DNA of 64,000 nucleotides, from NCBI GenBank assembly GCA_051546255.1, contig CP128821.1, forward strand, positions 124,001 to 188,000, written 5' to 3'. Source of the DNA: Meyerozyma guilliermondii (lineage: Eukaryota). The translations under genes were made by a program, and so were the position numbers. The notes beneath the pieces are model-generated. The model worked only from the letters and a program-made list of their open reading frames with translations. It was not told the origin of the DNA and ran no database searches. Shown in pieces: positions 41,690 through 51,200 of this stretch. Every line of letters starts with the position of its first letter. Positions within the stretch are counted from its first letter, which is position 1.

Positions 41690-44600
41690 ATGGCAAAAGA
41701 CACTCGCTCCACGGGAGCAGGTAACCAAGCCAATCAGGTCAACCTCAACACTCCGATACCCATTCGTGGTACTCAATTGAACCAAATTGACAGAGCAGCA
41801 TCCGCGGCCATCGATTCGGCTTCGAACCCCCAAGCCAGCTTTGAAGATTCTTACCGTAGTTTCACACCAAATGCTCAGAAAAGGGCTCCCAGGGCCAGTG
41901 CTAGAAGAGCATCTTATAGCACCATTGAAACCAGCCGGGAGTCTCATTATAATTTGGACTATGTTGCTGACAGAGACGAGCTCGACAGATTGCAATTGGA
42001 CCCCAATTCCAGATTCTACGCCCGTAGTCGCCCACGAACTTTGAACCTCCCTCGGCTTCTTCCATACGAAGTGGAAAACCCCCAAAACCAGGCCAAGTTT
42101 CTCAGTCATATTGTGTCTCATTTGTACATCGCTATTAAGACGTTGGACATCCAGGGAAGTTTGTCGGTGAGTGCTCGGGATTTGGCGCTGCTCCGAGACG
42201 TTAGTGGGTTCTCGGACATCGACATTGCTCTTGAGACCAATCTTTTCGAATCTGGAGGACCCGAAAAGGGCACCGAAGCCGACCATGAAGAGGACAATAC
42301 TTACTTCCAAGATGATATCGATTCCGCAAGCGAAAGCCTTGACGAGGAAGACGAAGACGACGAATACGATAACGAAAACGACGACGCTAAGGACCATGAA
42401 AATACCGTACAGCACAAAAAATCGCCCAAGTCAGCGGCCGTCGTTGGCGTTCGCATATGGACCCAGGAACTTCTTGTGTGGCTCAAAATGAAGTATGAGA
42501 TGCCGGTGTCTCTCAGAATGAACTTGGCTCGTGTTTACTACGCAGTTTGCTTATCGAGGGGACAGCATATCAGCCTTAAAATCTACGTTCGAACATTCGA
42601 GTTGTTGACGAAAGATATCCAATTCTTGCGATCCCAGCAGTTCTCCTTACCATGGGAAGACATGTACAACGAGCTCGCCCACCATTTTCCCTCCGTTGAT
42701 TCTTCGCAAGAGCGTTTTGAGAAGAAAGATCACAAGCAACTCCTTAGGTTGGCTGAACGAGCATCAAATTTCTTTGACCCATCTTCCCTCCCTATAATTT
42801 TCCAAAAGTTGGGATCACACTTTTCAATGCCGAACATTTCACTTGTACTTTCCGCCACGGCTTTGCTCCCTCTTAATTTCACTGACAAAGTTGAAGATGA
42901 CCGTGACATTCGCCATTACTTATCACTGTTGTTTTATATCTGGATCAAGATGAACAAGAGTCCTGGCGTGGATGCCCACATGACAACGAGACTTGGGGCT
43001 ATAGCCATGGAACACTACATCGTCATAACCAATGGCAAAAGCGTACTCAATCCTGGCAAGGTGTTCAGTGATGACCAGATTAGAACTATCTTCAACATAC
43101 TTCTCAACAGTCTCAGCATCAGAAAGGAAAAGTACTCCTCTGCAAAGACAAAGTTTTTTCATGGGTTTGCATCGGCAATCATTTTCAGCATCAACGGCGA
43201 CGCAGCTCTAGAGAGAGGTGGTATCTTTGAACAGCTTGAAAGTCTTGGTAATGCAATTGAAAGTTACGTCCATCCTTCCAACAGTGGCGAATGGTCTCGT
43301 TCAATTTCTAAGACTATTTTGGCCCTCGTATACCAATTTCAAAAGCGAGTCAATTTAGAAAATGAGAAGGACGCTTTGCTCTACAACTTGCCCCAGCACA
43401 TGAAACTCACTCAGAAAATGAAAGACACGATGATCGATATATTTCTTCCCAAAATTCGAATTGGATTACAGTCCAAAAAACCTAATGTTACTGATGACTA
43501 TCTTGCTGCATTATCCCTTATTGCTCAACTAAACCCTCCCAAGGTGTTGGAGTTTGTTCTATTAGACATCTATGAATCGTTGGAAGGTACATTATCTACT
43601 CATAGAGTAGTTGTTGCGCTTCGCAGTTTGGAAGAGCTTGCAAGATACTTTGCCTCAACACCAATTTTTCGAGTTCACGTTGCTAGATTGTTACTGCTTG
43701 CACTTCCCGGAATCGACTCAAATGACCTAGAGAAGACGTTGCTCACATTAAATGTGTTTGCTAGCTTTGCAAATTATGTTCCCTTCTATGACCTCTCGAA
43801 TGGAGAGGGCGATCCTACGATGGCCTTTGAATTCACCCAGCAGCATTTGGAGACACTTCAGCAGAGAATATACCAAGAAACAGAATTTGAAACCTTTCAA
43901 GTTGACGACGATTTAGAGCGCAATGCATTGGTGTCTTCATCATCTAGTTTCAAGCTGCTCCTCAAGTCACTCAATCAACGTGTTTTCATTCTTCTTGAGA
44001 ATGTGCCAGACCCATCGAAGAGTACGGGACTTGAACAGGCCCTAGAGAGTTCTTTGCCAAAGTTTATGTACGTTCTCTTGGAGGCCATATCGGACGATAT
44101 CTTGAAAAGTTTTAGAGATGACTTTTTTACGTTTGCACTTGAGAACACTATTGAAGGTATCGGTGATATAGTGGCTGAAATCTGCGGAGGAATAATCAAG
44201 AGAGATCCCACTGCATTTGAACACTTTTGCATAGAGTTGATTGAAAAGATTAGGAACGAAGTGGATGACAATGGTGCAGGCTCTACGCGGACTGGGTTTG
44301 ATGTTTTACCAAGAGACCAGGTTTTATTCTGGAATTTGTTGATTTTAAACGAGTGCATAGGCAATGCTGGCAGTCAAGTACTCAAATGTCAGACTGAGCT
44401 CAATGACCTCTCCTTCTACTTGATGGAACGCATCAAAGGTCCGACCGTTTTTGCGAGCTCATATCTCTTAAACCAACTCTTACAGGCTACAACCAAGATA
44501 CGGTTGAATGAGCAGCGACTCATCTCACCAAAATACCAGGAGGAACATGGGATGTCAGAGAGTTGTTGGGGTGGCTTTCTGACGGAAAACTCCCGCTTCC

Positions 44601-47600
44601 TGAAGGAAAACTTGACCTTTGACTGGTTTATCCCGGGCGAGAAAGAGATAACTTTTGCAATAGACACTTTCAGCTCACATGTGAGCCACGTTTTGGAAAA
44701 AGTACTGGAATTAATGAGAGAAAACACCACATCTTCACAGGTTCATAGTCTGCTGTTGCAAATGTCAGACAAATTGACCACTTGCTTCTTATACTTGAGC
44801 TACTCTTTAAGTGGAATCTCGTTTTTATTGGACCCATCGTTTGATGAAGATATACCACAGCTTGGCCAGCTGCTGTATCAATCGGTTCAACAAAGATTAT
44901 ACTTGTTAAAACAAATCAGAGGTGTTGGACTGGGAAAAAACAAGGAGGGGGAGCTTCGAATTGATAACCTCCATGAAAATTTAGAGCGAATTGTGCAAGA
45001 CTTGGACAGCGACGACAGCATCAATTATCTCATGGACGTCGACAAAATGAGTGACTTTTTAATGATTGATGCCGAAGAACCCAAGGAAAAAGAGGAAGAC
45101 ACACCAGAATCTAAAACTGCTATTCTTTCGTTTGACGAGCGGTCAGGAGTAAAGTCACACTCAACAAGTCCTGCTCCGCCAGACGAATCGGCCCGGGCGA
45201 CTCCAACTATTGAGGGTATGAATATGTCTAGCATGAATCCCTCCTTGACATTCAGAGAGCGAAAGTTGTATACCTCCAAATATTACTTTGGGGACGACAT
45301 TGAAACCCGGCGAGCCAACCCATCATACTTGAAGTTGCATAAAATCAGAATTTTAATTGGACGGGCCTTGCATGTCATAGGAAAGTTTTTGAATCTGAAC
45401 TTTACTGACAACACCCAGCTATTCAAGCACTACTTATTTGCAGTGAATATGTGGTTCTCGGATTTGGGTCGGGAAAGGAAACTCGACAGCAGTGAGGCAT
45501 GTGTGAGTTACGGCTACTTCAAAACTCTCCAGAACGTCAATAGAGTGAGAAAACCATTCACAAGAATGGCGTTTGGAAGTCGAATCGAGTCATACCACCA
45601 CTTACGGGTCGCCTTACATGCAACTTCAAGAACTCAAACGGACCTCGACAAAGTTTTGTTGGAAGATGTGATCAAATTGGCAGTATCCACTTATTCATCA
45701 ATTGCAAAGCCAGCACAAGCCACGCTCGTTGATGCCATGGGTAGACTCAACGGCTCCTACAACGTTTTAGTTCGCTCAATTTTCAAGCATTTGGAAAATG
45801 CTCTCCACAAAAAGGACTACAAGAAAGTAGAAAGTGCCTTGAGAGTCTTTGCCATCAAAAGAATAAAAACCAGAATTCAAAACGATTACTACAACCTTCA
45901 AAAATTTGTTTCCGTATTACTTGCCCTGTTGGAGGTAGGTAATCTAGAGGTTAATTCAATTGCCCAAAAGCTATATCAGGGAATTCACGAGGGTATATCT
46001 CTCCCGAGCAGTGTTTGCTTAATTGACTTGGAGCAAATCGATACAATTAGACCACCAGATCAGTTCATTGACTTGGAAATCAAGGCAGTATGTCTTGCCA
46101 AAGAACGGAAACGGAAATCCTATTTTGAACGTTTAAAGAGCCTCGAGAATTTCGTGATAGCCAGCGAGAAAACTACAACCCACTGGAAAGTGTCATCATT
46201 GAATTTGCATTTATTAGTGGATTTACAATCTGACCTGGAAATGGAAATTAATAAGGATGCGCTCCAAATTTTATGGGAAAGAAGCGCAAGTGATCACCCT
46301 ATTACATCGCGCTTATCACTACGGGGAATAACAAAGATTGTCACAAAGTTGAATGTCATGGCACTGCTAGATCACAAGCTTATGAATGGTTATGACTTTG
46401 ATTACTTACCCCCGGATTTCAAAATTATCCCTACCACCTCACCAGTGGGGCAATCTTACAGTTCAACCTGGCATAATGAGATGAAAGAGCGTGAACATCC
46501 ATCCTACTTTATTGATCACAAAGCAAACACGGGTTGGCTCTTCTGGGGAGACTCTATGGTAGCTGTTTCGAATAAAGCAAGCTACTCCATGAATCTTTCC
46601 AAATCGGAAGATGAAGCTCTCCGAGAACTAGGCAGCCGAATGACGAGAGACTGGTTCTTGAATATAGTAAACCTATGGATCTCAGATAATGAAGCAAATT
46701 TTGCATTTCAGGGCAGCGATGTGTTTGTGACAACGACCATTACCCATCTTATATCATGTGGCTACACCAAAAACTTTACTTTTGACGAATTGTTGTCCCT
46801 AGTAGAGCAGATTTATGTTGGAGATGAAAAGAGCACACACATTGTTACCTGTGAACTAATCGCAGGGATCTTAGTGTGTTCAAAAACTTTGCACCCAGCA
46901 TTATGTGAGAAGCGTGACAAGCATATCTCCGAGCTTTTGACCAACATATTGGACAATGATTTGTCTCCTGATACTCGAGGAATATGGAACATTTTTTCCT
47001 GGTGGATTCCGGCTCACATTGATTGCAGAAGATTCCCGCTCATCAATGATGTGATTGTCAAATTTAAAGTTCAACCAGACTCCGCCTCTGCTTTGAAGGA
47101 AGCAACTAGACTCAGTTATATCAGGTCACATATAGCAGCTGTTACATGGGGCTTTGGTATGAGTGAGGAAATATTCAGCGCCAGCCTCGATAACCTTACG
47201 AACAAATACCGGGCAATCAGAGACCAAACAGGCTCTATATTAGCAGTATTATCCTTTGGTTCATTTGCCGACTCAATCGGATCATCAACAGAGTTCATTG
47301 AGCTTTGCAACAAGGAGGGTCCCAAATATTTACTTGAGCGGTTGAAGAACAATGTAATGTTTGAGCGTATTCCAAAACTATTCAAAGAAGTGGGAGAAAT
47401 GAAACAAGAGGTACGTGGTCAAGGAACACAAGTCATCTTGAAGTCGCCTTACATTGCCGCTGCTACTACTTTGTTAACCTGGTTGGGACAAGTCTTGAAC
47501 ACCAGCGTAGCAGCACTTTACCAAGAGTTCATCGATACTTATATCATGCCTTTCTTGTTGGATTTGATTAACATGAAAGAGGTGTGTCAATTGGGCGATA

Positions 47601-48277
47601 TTGATCCAATATCTGTCTTCAAACACGCTTCCCAGATTCAATACCTTCCCCACATGCTTGAACGGATTGTCAAGGCTATTGAGTTGTACGCCAAGGAAGA
47701 TTTGAATGCAGTTCAGTGCTTTATTATGGGCGAGTTCACAGAGACATTTTTCTTCAAAAATCTTTTCGAGCTTTCTCCGTCGCAGAGATATAGAATCATT
47801 GCCGTGACAAGTGAATTGCTCTATCACAAAAACGTCGAGGTCCGAGAATCTGAAGCATCAACTTTTGCTGGACTTATCCATCTTTCTCCACCGAAGGAGG
47901 TTGATGAGATAGTTAAGAGCTCATGCGCAAAATACGAAAAGGAGCTTGATGATGTTAGGAAAAAGCATAGAAAGTCAGGATACAAGCAAATGACAACAGA
48001 AGAGACGGTAGCTATTCATGGTGCGTGCCTAGGCTTGGGCGCACTAGTTCACGCTTTCCTGTTTCAATCACCTCCACCTCCTTGGGTGCCAAAGGTCTTG
48101 TCAATTCTTGCTAATAAGGCTTCTGGAATTCCTGGGGTTGTTGGTAAAACATCCAGAGACACCTTGGGACGATTTAAGAAGACAAGACAAGATACTTGGC
48201 ATGTTGACAGTAAGGTTTTCAACGAGGATCAGATCCAAGATCTTGAAGGTGTTCTTTGGCGAAGTTATTATATCTGA
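41690..48277 (+). CDS. BLM10: Proteasome activator Blm10/PA200
   Basis: About 2195 aa; HPSNSGEW, PGIDSNDLEKT, FKKTRQDTW and C-terminal HbYX motif RSYYI; ATG 41690. Confidence 0.95.
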   Translation: MAKDTRSTGAGNQANQVNLNTPIPIRGTQLNQIDRAASAAIDSASNPQASFEDSYRSFTPNAQKRAPRASARRASYSTIETSRESHYNLDYVADRDELDRLQLDPNSRFYARSRPRTLNLPRLLPYEVENPQNQAKFLSHIVSHLYIAIKTLDIQGSLSVSARDLALLRDVSGFSDIDIALETNLFESGGPEKGTEADHEEDNTYFQDDIDSASESLDEEDEDDEYDNENDDAKDHENTVQHKKSPKSAAVVGVRIWTQELLVWLKMKYEMPVSLRMNLARVYYAVCLSRGQHISLKIYVRTFELLTKDIQFLRSQQFSLPWEDMYNELAHHFPSVDSSQERFEKKDHKQLLRLAERASNFFDPSSLPIIFQKLGSHFSMPNISLVLSATALLPLNFTDKVEDDRDIRHYLSLLFYIWIKMNKSPGVDAHMTTRLGAIAMEHYIVITNGKSVLNPGKVFSDDQIRTIFNILLNSLSIRKEKYSSAKTKFFHGFASAIIFSINGDAALERGGIFEQLESLGNAIESYVHPSNSGEWSRSISKTILALVYQFQKRVNLENEKDALLYNLPQHMKLTQKMKDTMIDIFLPKIRIGLQSKKPNVTDDYLAALSLIAQLNPPKVLEFVLLDIYESLEGTLSTHRVVVALRSLEELARYFASTPIFRVHVARLLLLALPGIDSNDLEKTLLTLNVFASFANYVPFYDLSNGEGDPTMAFEFTQQHLETLQQRIYQETEFETFQVDDDLERNALVSSSSSFKLLLKSLNQRVFILLENVPDPSKSTGLEQALESSLPKFMYVLLEAISDDILKSFRDDFFTFALENTIEGIGDIVAEICGGIIKRDPTAFEHFCIELIEKIRNEVDDNGAGSTRTGFDVLPRDQVLFWNLLILNECIGNAGSQVLKCQTELNDLSFYLMERIKGPTVFASSYLLNQLLQATTKIRLNEQRLISPKYQEEHGMSESCWGGFLTENSRFLKENLTFDWFIPGEKEITFAIDTFSSHVSHVLEKVLELMRENTTSSQVHSLLLQMSDKLTTCFLYLSYSLSGISFLLDPSFDEDIPQLGQLLYQSVQQRLYLLKQIRGVGLGKNKEGELRIDNLHENLERIVQDLDSDDSINYLMDVDKMSDFLMIDAEEPKEKEEDTPESKTAILSFDERSGVKSHSTSPAPPDESARATPTIEGMNMSSMNPSLTFRERKLYTSKYYFGDDIETRRANPSYLKLHKIRILIGRALHVIGKFLNLNFTDNTQLFKHYLFAVNMWFSDLGRERKLDSSEACVSYGYFKTLQNVNRVRKPFTRMAFGSRIESYHHLRVALHATSRTQTDLDKVLLEDVIKLAVSTYSSIAKPAQATLVDAMGRLNGSYNVLVRSIFKHLENALHKKDYKKVESALRVFAIKRIKTRIQNDYYNLQKFVSVLLALLEVGNLEVNSIAQKLYQGIHEGISLPSSVCLIDLEQIDTIRPPDQFIDLEIKAVCLAKERKRKSYFERLKSLENFVIASEKTTTHWKVSSLNLHLLVDLQSDLEMEINKDALQILWERSASDHPITSRLSLRGITKIVTKLNVMALLDHKLMNGYDFDYLPPDFKIIPTTSPVGQSYSSTWHNEMKEREHPSYFIDHKANTGWLFWGDSMVAVSNKASYSMNLSKSEDEALRELGSRMTRDWFLNIVNLWISDNEANFAFQGSDVFVTTTITHLISCGYTKNFTFDELLSLVEQIYVGDEKSTHIVTCELIAGILVCSKTLHPALCEKRDKHISELLTNILDNDLSPDTRGIWNIFSWWIPAHIDCRRFPLINDVIVKFKVQPDSASALKEATRLSYIRSHIAAVTWGFGMSEEIFSASLDNLTNKYRAIRDQTGSILAVLSFGSFADSIGSSTEFIELCNKEGPKYLLERLKNNVMFERIPKLFKEVGEMKQEVRGQGTQVILKSPYIAAATTLLTWLGQVLNTSVAALYQEFIDTYIMPFLLDLINMKEVCQLGDIDPISVFKHASQIQYLPHMLERIVKAIELYAKEDLNAVQCFIMGEFTETFFFKNLFELSPSQRYRIIAVTSELLYHKNVEVRESEASTFAGLIHLSPPKEVDEIVKSSCAKYEKELDDVRKKHRKSGYKQMTTEETVAIHGACLGLGALVHAFLFQSPPPPWVPKVLSILANKASGIPGVVGKTSRDTLGRFKKTRQDTWHVDSKVFNEDQIQDLEGVLWRSYYI

Positions 48278-48381
48278 ACGAAATTCATAACGAAATTTAT
48301 AACGAAAGACAATGAGTAGACGGTATACCTACTAGCAAGCAGTTACTCTGATAAAGCGTACTCTGATTGAAAAAAAAAGAA

Positions 48382-48453
48382 CTCCGAGACGGGGAATTGA
48401 ACCCCGGTCTACCACGCGACAAGCGGTAATTCTAGCCACTAAACTATCTCGGA
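48382..48453 (-). tRNA. tRNA-Asp(GTC)
   Basis: Reverse strand reads TCCGAGATAGTTTAGTGG...ACCGC-TTGTCGC-GTGGT...GGTTCAATTCC...TCTCGGAG, followed by a T tract. Confidence 0.97.
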
Positions 48454-48577
48454 CTTTTACGAGTAAAACTTGAAGTATGTACGTACACAACGTACATGGC
48501 AAGAGCTCTGATACTAAAATCGAGTTTGGCTCTTGGGCCTATTGATACGATGTTGTCGTAGTGGACAAAGTGTACAT

Positions 48578-49834
48578 TTATGTGAGATTACTTACCTCGA
48601 ACAAAAAGTCCAGAAAGCCAATGGTGGCCACTCCTGACAAGTCCTTATCGTATTTCTTAAATACATCGGTCAACTTTCTCAAGTAAACCAAGAGTTCGAT
48701 AAATGCATCGAACTTGAGTTTACCGACCGATATTCCGTTCACCGTACTGTTTTCGCGGCCCTTTTGCGAAAACTTTTGGAAAAGATGTAAAACCAAATCG
48801 ATGTTGAGATTATAGCCGATCTGTTCGATGATTTTTTGAAGCTCTCCGAATGAGATATCTCCAGATTTGTTTGAGTCAGCAGCAAGGAAGAGCTTTTTAT
48901 AAGCGGATAAATACTTCCACAAGGACACAAACTGGTCGAACGTTAATGAGTTTGATGGAGAGCCAGCGTTGCCTGTGGGTGAGCTGAACAAATTAATCAT
49001 TAGCCCGATGGTTGAGTCCTGGAATCTGGTGTGATCAAAGTTGACGAGAGCCATGGAAAGTTCCTTTGCGGATATGCGTCCTGAACGATTGATGTCAACC
49101 TTTTCGAACACAGAACGCAATTCCACTTCGAGTTTCTGTCTCGACGACGAAACCTGCCTGCCACCAGAACTACTATCAGGCAACGACTCCTTGGAGCGGT
49201 TTACCATTGCTGGCGGCTTCTTTTGCAAGTGGCCCGAATTTGACAGAGGAGCAGAAGACGAGTAGGGCAGCGGTTGGGCTTGCGACAGAGACTGGTATCG
49301 CTGCTGAGAAGGAGCCTGTTGCACGGGCGCTCCGTGTTGTGGAGCAATATGCTCCTGAGAATGATATCTTTGCTGGGATTGGTACACCTGTTGTGGAGGA
49401 TTGGAAACCTTTGGGGCTACTGGAGCCTGCTGGGATTGATAATACTGCTGTTGCGGAGTCGGGGCAGCCGCGGGAGTATTATACTGTTGAGAGTACGCAC
49501 CTGGCGGTTGGCTATAGTACAGTTGTGGTTGATTGTTTTGAACTCCCAGTTGGTGCAGATAGTGAGTAGGTTGCTGATAAGGACTAGGTTGATGTTGCTG
49601 TGGAGCACTAGGAGGAGGGGCATGCAGGGAATGTTGCTGGGAGTAGCCACTCTGGGTAATATGAGGCTGTAAATGATGATACAGATTGGAGCTCTGTTGC
49701 TGTGGTGGAGCGTATCCATGGTTAGAATGTTTCTGGATTGGTTGATGTTTTCTGGAGCTTCTTGGAGGACTATCATGGACAACGTAGGCCGCCTGCTGGG
49801 GCGTGGGATACATTGGAAGATCGTCAACCGGCAT
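48578..49834 (-). CDS. PEF1: Penta-EF-hand protein
   Basis: P/Q/Y-rich N-terminus; EF loops DINRSGRIS, DSNKSGDIS and DKDLSG. Confidence 0.88.
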   Translation of the reverse strand: MPVDDLPMYPTPQQAAYVVHDSPPRSSRKHQPIQKHSNHGYAPPQQQSSNLYHHLQPHITQSGYSQQHSLHAPPPSAPQQHQPSPYQQPTHYLHQLGVQNNQPQLYYSQPPGAYSQQYNTPAAAPTPQQQYYQSQQAPVAPKVSNPPQQVYQSQQRYHSQEHIAPQHGAPVQQAPSQQRYQSLSQAQPLPYSSSAPLSNSGHLQKKPPAMVNRSKESLPDSSSGGRQVSSSRQKLEVELRSVFEKVDINRSGRISAKELSMALVNFDHTRFQDSTIGLMINLFSSPTGNAGSPSNSLTFDQFVSLWKYLSAYKKLFLAADSNKSGDISFGELQKIIEQIGYNLNIDLVLHLFQKFSQKGRENSTVNGISVGKLKFDAFIELLVYLRKLTDVFKKYDKDLSGVATIGFLDFLFEVSNLT

Positions 49835-50213
49835 GTTGACTAGATGGTGAGGACCGTTTTTAAATGAGCTAAAAATACGATGCGACCGTGACGGGATGTG
49901 TGCAGGAAAAGAGACGAAACGAGCAAGAAAGGGTAACTCGAGAGGTACGAATTGTGGAGCAATTGTGGAGGAGAAAGGGAAGAGAAAACATGATTGAAAT
50001 GGAACGCAACGATAGATATCGTAAATGATTCCTTTTCGATTTTTTCAACTTGAGAACTTAGAAATTTCATCCTATTTTTTTCACCGGTTCTACAATTTTT
50101 TCAACTTCTTCAATTCCTCCTCACTTCCTAGTCTACACCGTTTTATCGATATTTTATTATGATCGTGTATGTATATCGAGTATTCCACACCGTATGTAGT
50201 TTACAGATCGCAA

Positions 50214-50698
50214 TTAATCACGAGCTCTTCTTCTGTAGCCGTCAGCACCTCCTCTTGGACCACCACGAGATGGGAAACGAGAAGTTCTCTCAGCTGGAGC
50301 ACCCTTCAATCTGGTCAAAGGCAAGATTCCCTCTGGAATGTTCAACTCATGTCTCAAGAACTCTACACCCTCGTCGGTCAAGGTGTAGTAGTAGTATTGC
50401 CAGGAGAATTGAGTCTGAACGTAACCCTTGGAGGTCAAGGATTGCAAAGCCTTGATGACGTACAAGTTTCTGGTGTCAATTTCTTCGTGCTTTGGTTGGT
50501 CGAAGTCCTTCTTGGCGACGACAACACCCTCTGAAAGTTAGTATTCAAGTTGGAATTGGCCCAATTTTCAATATGCCATATTTGAATGACACGGGCTACA
50601 TTTAAATTGATAAAGGTTACTGGCGTAACCACACGTGTTTACATACCTTGAAAGAGGTATTGGTGGATCTTCTTTCTTTCTTCCCTTGGAATAAGCAT
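50214..50698 (-). CDS. RPS10: 40S ribosomal protein eS10; exons 50698-50647 and 50530-50214
   Basis: MLIPREERKKIHQYLFQ/EGVVVAKKDF...QFSWQYYYYTLT; intron GTATGT...TACTAAC TTT CAG at 50646-50531. Confidence 0.96.
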
Positions 50699-50806
50699 AT
50701 TGATGAATCACTGACAAGTAGAGTTCTGAATCTCGAATTTTTTTCACTGCGAAAATTTGATGATTGTTAATTGCTTAGTCAGTCTCGAAAACCCGCGAAT
50801 GCCAGG

Positions 50807-50873
50807 CACGTGATGCACGGGGCTGGTGCCCTAGACCACCATCACCAACATCTAATAATAGCTAGTGTTAGGG
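50807..50873. promoter_or_regulatory. Cbf1 plus Tbf1-like sites upstream of RPS10
   Basis: CACGTGA 50807, GCCCTAG near 50828, TTAGGG 50868. Confidence 0.6.
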
Positions 50874-51200
50874 GCATTGTCACTTGTTACAGAAGTGTTG
50901 CATAGGTGACAAGATTTATAAACACAGCCTAGTGAGGCAATGTGTTAAACAATCAGCAAAAAAAACATAAAAGATTGCATTGACACCAAAGTCATTATTT
51001 ACTGGTTTGAAAACCCTGTTGTTCATTCCTTTTTAATTCAATTTTCATTACACCTTTGATCCCAGTTTCTATCAGATACCGGTGATCCTGCAGAGTTACA
51101 TTATCACCACCCAAAGATCCTGCATACAGCGCAGAGCCTCAGAATACCAGCCACGATCCAAGGTATACCAATACTCCACTAGCATGACTTAGGGTCCCAA